The notes beneath the pieces were generated by a model that saw nothing but the letters and a program-made list of their open reading frames with translations, was not told where the DNA came from and searched no databases. 64,000 nucleotides of DNA, from NCBI RefSeq assembly GCF_009914755.1, contig NC_060927.1; one strand, 5' to 3'. This DNA comes from the human T2T-CHM13v2.0 reference genome, Homo sapiens. A program made the translations under genes and the position numbers. This document shows positions 55,030 through 64,000 of the stretch, in pieces. How positions within the stretch are numbered: the stretch's first letter is position 1; every line of letters starts with the position of its first letter.

Positions 55030-55390
55030 TTAGCTATAGTAGTAGTTGGCATTTTATTGTCATATAATATTCCATTGTGTGACTATAGAAACATTTACAT
55101 ATCCATTCTACTCCTGGACATTTGGGTTGTTTAGAGTTTGGGTCTACTATGAGCAAAGCTGCTATGGACATTCTTGTAATGTCTTTTTGTGAACATGTGC
55201 ATTCACTTCTTTTGGGTATACACCTGCCAGGAGGATTGCTCCAATAAGAGGTAAGCATCTACCTAGCTTTATTAGAGACTGTCAAATGGCTTTCCAAAGT
55301 GGTTGTACCAATTTACTGTCCATCAATATATGAAAGCTTCAGTTGTTTCACAGCCTCACCAACATTTATTATTGTCTTTTTCATTTTATT
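55030..55390 (-). mobile_element. Old L1M fragment
   Basis: ggacatttgggttgtt...ttccaaagtggttgtaccaattta. Confidence 0.7.
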
Positions 55391-55968
55391 TAAATGTTTA
55401 ATTCTGAGCATAGAGCAAATATTAACAAACACACATGGCAGTCAATTCAGAAGAAACTTTCTAAAAGTCTACTGTTACTCACTTGAAAGCTACCCAAAGT
55501 TTTGTGCTACCCAAAGGATAATACATTTCTTATTCTAATCCATGAGGAGTTTTCAAAGTATTCATGGCAAAGAAGGACACCTATTTAAATCTCCCTGACA
55601 AGAAGCAAAACATAAGACTTTGGTATACACAATAAACTGAGAAAATGAAAAAGTGTATAAATTTAAAGAAAATATAATCTTACACGTGATTTAGCTATGC
55701 TTTAAAAATGTTTATGTATATTTAAATACATTTTCTTAAACTTTATATTAAAACAAACATTTTGTTAAAAACAGACTTAGCAGTTATGAATTCAAGTCCA
55801 GAAACATGGTAAAAATACAATTGGTGCTTTTTCTTTTTGGGATGCCTAGTAAAGTAACTAGATAACCATAAAGATTGAAGACTCCATAGTTTCTACTATA
55901 ATTACAGTATAACTTTTGAAATCTCATTAATAAACAGGAACAAAAATACAAATCATACAAAAAAAAGT

Positions 55969-56090
55969 GGGTCAGGTATGGTGGCTCACACCTGTAATCC
56001 AAGCACTTTGGCAGGCCAAAGCAGGAGGATTGTTCAAGACTATCCTGGGCAACAGAGCAAGACCCTGTCTCTACAAAGAAAACAAAAAAC
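55969..56090 (+). mobile_element. Alu monomer (FLAM/AluJ left arm)
   Basis: ggtcaggtatggtggctcacacctgtaatcc...gaccctgtctctac followed by A-rich tail. Confidence 0.8.
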
Positions 56091-56414
56091 TTAAAAGAGA
56101 AATGTAGGACTTAGACAAACAAAACTACAGATTTTTATTGAGTGATAATAGTGCACTTGAATAAATGGAGTGGCAGTATAACATGCTGGCAAAGAATTTG
56201 AGCTTTGGAATCAGGAAGACCTGGCTTCAAATGCCACATTTCTTAAAGGAATAACTGCTATGATTCAGTTTCTTCAACTTTAAAATAAAGTGGAGATAAT
56301 TACAATAACACTTCTCATAGCCCTGAGGTAAGGACTGAAGGCTTTTGTCCAAATAAATAAAAATATCATTAAGCATAAATCTGTGAGAAGTATTCATTTA
56401 TGAAAACTATTGTG

Positions 56415-57077
56415 CAGGTGCTGGAGAGGATGTGGAGAAATAGGAACACTTTTACACTGTTGGTGGGACTGTCAACTAGTTCAACCATTGTGGAAGCCAG
56501 TGTGGCGATTCCTCAGGGATCTAGAACTAGAAATACCATTTGACCCAGCCATCTCATTACTGGGTATATACCCAAAGGATTATAAATCATGCTGCTATAA
56601 AAACACATGCACACGTTATGTTTATTGAGGCGCTATTCACAATAGCGAAGACTTGGAACCAACCCAAATGTCCATCAATGATAGACTGGATTAAGAAAAT
56701 GTGGCACATATACACCATGAAATACTATACAGCCATAAAAAATGATGAGTTCATGTCCTTTGTAGGGACATGGATGAAGCTGGAAACCATCATTCTGGGC
56801 AAACTATCACAAGGACAGAAAACCAAACACCGCATGCTCTCACTCATAGGTGGGAACTGAACAATGAGAACACTTGGACACAGGGTGGGGAACATCACAC
56901 ACCGGGGCCTGTCATGGGGTGGGGGAGTGGGGAGGGATAGCATTAGGAGATATACCTAATGTAAATGACGAGTTAATGGGTGCAGCACACCAACATAGCA
57001 CATGTATACATATGTAACAAACCTGCAGGTTGTGCACATGTACCCTAAAACTTAAAGTATAATAATAATAAAAAAAG
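56415..57077 (+). mobile_element. L1PA (PA4/PA5-like) 5'-truncated 3' end
   Basis: [18 protein letters not shown] peptide and 3'UTR; 13-bp TSD gaaaact(a/g)ttgtg. Confidence 0.95.
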
Positions 57078-57496
57078 GAAAACTGTTGTGGAAAAGACAA
57101 CACAAAGAGGAAAACAAAGAAAAGTATATTTAAGACTCTAGAAAAGATAAAAGACAGACTATTCATTAAATGATATCCTTACTTTATTTCTTATACTAGA
57201 AAGACTCCAAATTAAAAACTTAAGTAAGGAGTGGAGGAAGCAATCTTATAATACTATATATCTTTCAAAATGAATATATTATCTTGGAAAATGTATTACA
57301 AAGAATCACTATCTTTATCATAAATAACATTTATCAATTAAAAAGTATGTATGAACAGTCCAGTAAAACAACAAAATGATATGAACAAGAAACAACTGAT
57401 AAAAGGACTCTACCACCAATAAGCAAATTAAAACATGGTTGTCTTAAGTGAGTAGTCAAAGACACACAAAGTTTGTAAGAATAAGAATCCATTTAG

Positions 57497-57785
57497 GCCA
57501 GGCGTGGTGGCTCATGCCTTTAATCCCAGCACTTTGGGAGGCCAAAGCGGGTGGATCACAAGGTCAGGAGTTCAAGACCAGCCTGGCCAAGACGGTAAAA
57601 CCCCATCTCTACTAAAAATACAAAAATCAGCCAGGCGTGGTGGCAGGAACCTGTAATCCCAGCTATTCGATAGGCTGAGGCAGAGAATTGCTTGAACCTG
57701 GGAGGCAGAGGTTGCAGTAAGCCAAAATCACGCCACTGCACTCCAGCCTGGGCGTCAGAGCAAGACTCTGTCTCAAAGAAAAAAA
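57497..57785 (+). mobile_element. Alu (AluSg/Sx-like)
   Basis: Full dimer; TSD aatccattta. Confidence 0.92.
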
Positions 57786-58194
57786 TCCATTTAAAAATAT
57801 GAAAGTGTGATGAGGGAAGGAAAAATATCTACTACATACTTACTCTAAGTCAGGCACTGTGGTAGGTGATTTAAATATATTATTTCAATTATTCCTTTAA
57901 GGAAGATATTATTGGATTTATTTTATAGATGAGGAAACAGAAGCCTCAGGAAACCAAAACATTTTTGATACCTTCCCCTCCCGGGGAGCCTTTCACCTCA
58001 TACCAATCCCACAACTAGCAAGGCTTCTTCTAGGAAAAAGCACAACCAGATTACACAGGTATCCACAGAATATCACTAAGTAAAAATGTGAGTTTATGCA
58101 TTGATAAAAGACAGGGGAGGTAAATATGGATGATGTCAAAGCTGGTTAGACTTTCATTATTTTGTCTTTAAATTTTCTTAATCTTAGTGGTGTT

Positions 58195-58426
58195 TTAAGA
58201 GCATGTTTGGAGATTCTAGCAAGGGAGCATAGCTACCTGTATACCCTTGACCGAAGTATGGTCCTCCTCAATCAAGGAAGGATCTGATCAATCACAGGGC
58301 TTTGGTTGGGACACACATGTAGCCATGAGGGAGGAAGGGGACATCTGCCTAGCCAGTCAGATCAGCTGAATGAACCCTGGTGATCAATGAGGCGACAGAT
58401 GTCACAGCCAGATTGCCCTCACATCC
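58195..58426 (-). pseudogene. 7SK snRNA retropseudogene, 3'-truncated (about nt 1-240), no poly(A) tail
   Basis: Reverse complement begins GGATGTGAGGGCAATCTGGCTGTGACATCTGTC and ends ...CTTCGGTCAAGGGTATAC...GCTAGAATCTCCAAACATGCTCTTAA, matching 7SK; flanked by 14-bp direct repeat ctta(g/a)tggtgtttt. Confidence 0.95.
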
Positions 58427-59421
58427 CTTAATGGTGTTTTGAAAACTGAAAGAGCTACTGGAAGTTTTTGTGTAGGTCCAAGCTAAGATGTAAACGCAGT
58501 GTGCTTGGCTAACTGTGAAATATGTTCACTTCCACATTTATGTTGTTTCAATGGTTTAAAAAAAGGATTTGTCATCATACATACATTATTTTCTTATACT
58601 CATTAGCAGGTGGATAAGGATATTATTAATACTGTAAATTATTTTGTTTAGTGAATGATTTAAAGACATCCTTTTTGTCCGGATAAGTAAAACACAGTTG
58701 TTTAAAAAGTTGAAGCATGTTAATTTTCTTCACAAAAATGTATTCATGTAAGTTACAAAAACTCTGCAAAATACCGAAAATTAGAGACAAAAGAAAAATC
58801 ATCCATTTCTTACATGATCCAGAGACAGACACTGAATTTATCTGAATTTGATTTTTATTATGTATTAAAATACTTTTTGCTTTTTTAATAAAAAAATCTA
58901 CAATGTTTATAAAAACAGCCATCTGCTCCCCACACTTCTACTTCCCAATTTTTGTTCACTAAGTTCAATTAATCTGAATTTAGCTATGTCTTATCTATTT
59001 ACAGCTGTTTCTTTCCTGCTCCTTGCCTCCCAAATACGCACTTCTCCTCCCTCAATTATCCAACAGTTATATTACAAATTAATATGTATATTCCATATGT
59101 ATGACTGTGCAAATAATATTCATAATTGAGCCATGCAAAAAAAAAGAATTCACTTTTTTGCAAAGTAGACTAGCAAAGATGAAAATGGATGGCAGCCAGT
59201 GTTGGAATGGTCATAGGTAAACAGATAAATCTTACATACAGCTGGTAGGAAAGTATGTATTCAGCCTTTCCTACAGCTGGTAGGAAAGTGAGATTTTTTT
59301 CTCAAAAGCCTTAAAAAGGTTATTTTCTTCTGACACAGCTGTTACGTCTCAAGAAACTTACCTCAAAGGGATGAACAAATGAGCTTATGTACAAGAATAC
59401 TCACAGTAACACTGTTTATTG

Positions 59422-59757
59422 CAGGAGTCCCCAACCCCCAGGCCACAGACCAGTACTGGCCTGTTAGGAACCCGGCTGCACAGCAGAAGGTGAGCGGTGG
59501 GCGAGCTAGCATTCTCACCTGAGCTCCATCTTCTGTCAGATCAGTGGAGCCAACAGATTCTCATAGGAGTGTGAACCCTATTGTGAACTGCACATACGAG
59601 GGATCTAGGTTGCACACTCCTTATGAGAATGTAATGCCTGATGATCTTCTGAGTTGGAACAGTTTCATCCCAAAACCACCTCCCCAGCTCTGGTCTGCTG
59701 GAAAAAATTGCCTTTCACGAAATTGGTCCCTGGTGCCAAAAAGGGTGGAGACCACTG
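59422..59757 (+). mobile_element. MER1B (hAT-Charlie MITE)
   Basis: caggagtccccaacccc...tccctggtgccaaaaagggtggagaccactg; about 336 bp. Confidence 0.9.
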
Positions 59758-59849
59758 GTTTGTAAGACAAACATGAAACTATTTTAACATCTAATAACAA
59801 GAGATTTGTTAAGTAAATCATAATTGTAGTAAATACTCCATCTATACAG

Positions 59850-60345
59850 TATCTGGACTAACCTGCTTCTTTCATGAAAAACACTAATGAAGTATATGGG
59901 GAAAAGAAAAGTGGTAGAAGTGATGCTACATTACCTCCAAGGCTAGGTTTGAAATGGTCATGTAGATTCTACCTTGTACTCCTGAAACAGTCACTCTTGG
60001 AACTCTGCCACCATGCTGTGAGGAAGCCCAAACAGCCTGTAGAGGTCCACATACAATGCAACTGAGGCTACCAACCTACAGCCTCAGCTGAGTTCTCAGC
60101 AAACAGCTTGTACCAACTTGCCAGTCATATGAATGAGCCATCTGGAACGGATATTCCCACCCCAGCTAACACAACCTTGCTCAAATTACAGATTTGTGAG
60201 CAAAATAACCTATTGTCCTTGTCTAAATCATAACATTTTGGGTGGTTTGTTACACAGCAATAGAAAAATAAAATATAACTTAAGTATATAAAGAAAGAAA
60301 AAAACTTTCCAGGCACAAAAAAGTTTCACACAGCAATAGACATAA
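59850..60345 (+). mobile_element. MLT1 (G/H-like) LTR
   Basis: gccaccatgctgtgaggaagcccaa...ttttgggtggtttgttacacagcaataga. Confidence 0.7.
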
Positions 60346-60413
60346 TTTGAAAACACAGAAGTGACCAATAGTAAGTGACAGTGAGGTATGTTACTGTATT
60401 TCTTCTTGATATA

Positions 60414-60510
60414 CAGATGCTTTTCAACTTACAATAAGGTTACATCCCAATAAACTCACTGTAAATCAAAAAAATCCTAAGTCAAGCCATTATAGATTAG
60501 GGACCATCTG
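60414..60510 (+). mobile_element. Short MER47 (MER47C-like) MITE
   Basis: cagatgcttttcaacttacaat...gggaccatctg; 97 bp, TA on the left. Confidence 0.75.
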
Positions 60511-62016
60511 CAGTGTTATTCAGCTATACTAATAATCTTGCAAAATTAAAATAGTATGCTTATGATTTAGGGTGAAACTAGACAAACTATAACAAACATC
60601 AAAAATAAAAGGAATTACATAGCTTTATTTGTAACACAATAACTCTGGGTCCTTTAAGAAGCTGCAGCACAATTTTAGATCTAAGCCTAAAAACATCTTC
60701 TGCCCTAAATAAATTCTCATTTAGTCATTTCAGAAAAACTGAATGAACAGTAATGACTTTGACTCCCTACAACTAGTTGCCTAGGATTCTATATTTAACC
60801 TTAAGCAATGTGTACCACGCCTCTAGAACAGTTTTAATCTCACAACACTTGAGGAGAGAAGATTACAGGCTACAGGCAAAGACTTAGTGCCAAAGATGAA
60901 TAATCAAAACTGACTTTAGAGAACCAAAAATGACTTCAGGTCACTTCAGCTAGCAATCCACCAAGTATTCAGCTTTGATTGAAATTCATCTTGTCATACA
61001 GCTCGACATACCCAAATATTACTGTGCAGAAAAAGAGCAGAAGCCATTTAGTTCTATAACCCAAATCACAGCACAACAAGGTTATGTCCAGCATTCACGG
61101 CCAGAAGCAAATGGTAACCAGCAGTGATTTCAGAGTGGACATTTCTTTTCTAACTTAAAGATGGTATAATGAAATATTTAAAATGATAGGAATCTCTCTG
61201 AAATATACAAAGCTTCCACCACAACCAAAAATATTTCACTATCAAAATTAAGCATAATGGTAAAATATTCCTCTAGTACACATCATAAAGGCAAATATTA
61301 GATGGTAACGAGGTAGAGAACTTCAAAATTATCTCTTACAAATCTCAAGGGGTAAAATTGATCTGCTTCAATGGTCAAAGCTAAAAATCAATATGTATAG
61401 CCTGGCCATCAACTGATAACAGCCTGAAAGAAAAACAGTGAGAAATCATGTAGATAACCACACTGACACTATTTTCCTATTTAATATTGAGGGAAACAAA
61501 CAAGGTAATGATTAAATCTAAAATTGTTTTTGGATTGCAATTTTCCTTTAAAAAGTTTAGCCAAGTACCTAAGTAAAATGTCTTTCAGAGAACACACATT
61601 TATTAATACAGACTAAAAATATCACAATATACACACATAATCCGATTAATATGTATAAATTAATTTCATATTTTAAATGCTTGATTAAAAAGTGAGCAGA
61701 CTTATCCAAATTTATCAAAATTTTACATGCATTAAATTTCATAGTGATCTTCCACGGTGCTTCCAAATTATACAGAGATCTGCAGCTTCAGGCTTATTAT
61801 TAATCACTGTTGTGTTACAGGTTTGTGTCAAAACACAAAACATGAACCACTCAGCCCTCAGTCCTTCATGCTTTCCATGTTGACTGGGGAATTTTTCTGT
61901 AGGGCGGTAACCACTTGTTACTCCTTCACATCCATAAAATAATCTTCCTAATGCTACAGATTATAGGATTACTACCAAAAATTGTGTAACGTATACATTG
62001 ATTTTATAGAAAGATA

Positions 62017-62323
<307 letters not shown>

Positions 62324-63437
62324 TGATACTTTCTGAATCATAAGTAAATAGGGTAAAGGAGAGAGCCTCATAGACTTTTTCATGAAGAATATTAAGTTAC
62401 TTTTGAAAGGTGAATTTCTAAAGAAGCCTTTTTATTTTTAGTTAACTTCAGATTCTCCCCAAACAAAACAACTATGGCTACAGTCATCCACGAAGACCTG
62501 TAGATTGAAAGATGACAAGAAGTTTGTAAATATTAAGAGAGAATTAAAACGGACATATTTTTTCTTATATTTGAAACACTGAATACTCCAGCTAATAATA
62601 CGGCTTACCATAAGAATAGCTCACTCCATCAAGTAGTAAGTTTCCCTACTCCCTTGCGTGCCTAAATCATATTCTATCTTTGTCAATTATAAAATACCAC
62701 ATAATAATCTGTCAGAATATTTCCATTAAAATATGTGGTAATGTTCAAAAGTTAATTAGTTTAATAATCCAAACCATTTTCAATGAGAGATGGAGTTCCT
62801 AAAATTCAGTGTATTCTGGAACTTTCTGTAAACTTTCAGAAGAAATAGGATGAAATAAGAAAGAATACATTGTCACAGTGTTTTTGTAATCAAATACATT
62901 TATAAAGAACAAAAGGAACCGTAGAATTACAAATGATGGCAAAACTCAGTAAATGTAAATTTATGATTTGTACATTCTATCATTACTAATATTATTAGTA
63001 AACATCAAAAAAGCATGTAAGAATTTTTGAAATAAGAACTTACCCTCACTTCCAACAACAACAAAAAATCATGAATATCTGTGAGATGTTACAATGCTTT
63101 TCCTTTCAAATCATACTGTGTGCGAGTAAAAGCTACCCATGTGGTAGGAAGACCATAATACCTAATACCATCACTACCACCACCACACACACAAACCCCT
63201 CAAAGAAAAAACGACTGAAACTTCCCCAGAGATCCTCGAAAAATTCAAAAGTGAAGCAAAGAAAAAACGTAAAACATTATAGCAACTCAAGTACATATAT
63301 AATACCAATCCTTTTATTTAAATTATGGAATGTTTCAAACATACAATAGAGTGATTTTTTAAAATCCATGTGACTTTATCAAATCTTAGTATTTGAAACT
63401 TGTAAGCCCAAATCCTTTTTAAGAAACAATGAATTAG

Positions 63438-64000
<563 letters not shown>

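Noticed and set aside
58195-58426. Functional 7SK gene
   Set aside because: Lacks the 3' about 90 nt (LARP7-binding hairpin and U tail), has many substitutions and TSDs, and has no PSE/TATA upstream.

Overview
Primate (almost certainly human) genomic DNA from the interior of one large minus-strand gene, ULK4 (pseudokinase with a C-terminal HEAT/ARM-repeat region), identified by recognising the encoded peptide. Four consecutive GT-AG coding exons (45868-45995, 9218-9351, 6943-7064, 6733-6789) splice in frame into 147 codons (GFVSTIIRLLDSPSTCIRAK...LVMYIERDSRKTTPGKEQQSGNEY...GDILNSLANVSGRKHPSTVQVK...VFRPQVVTEEFLFSYGTIL). The rest is intron densely filled with retro- and DNA transposons: over 20 Alus, L1PA/L1M, L2, MIR, MaLR LTRs, an ERVL pol remnant, Tigger/Charlie MITEs and a truncated 7SK retrocopy. 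I see no CRISPR, tRNA, rRNA, CpG island or new protein-coding gene, and no convincing undescribed biological system. The most notable observations are fossil DNA-repair and retrotransposition scars: a 75-bp locally templated Alu copy, a snap-back inverted insertion, a twin-primed L1, a tailless 7SK copy and an abutting inverted Alu pair sharing a non-consensus base. There is also a candidate poison exon or alternative acceptor 27 nt upstream of a ULK4 exon. Repeat subfamily calls are by eye, and boundaries of old repeats are approximate.
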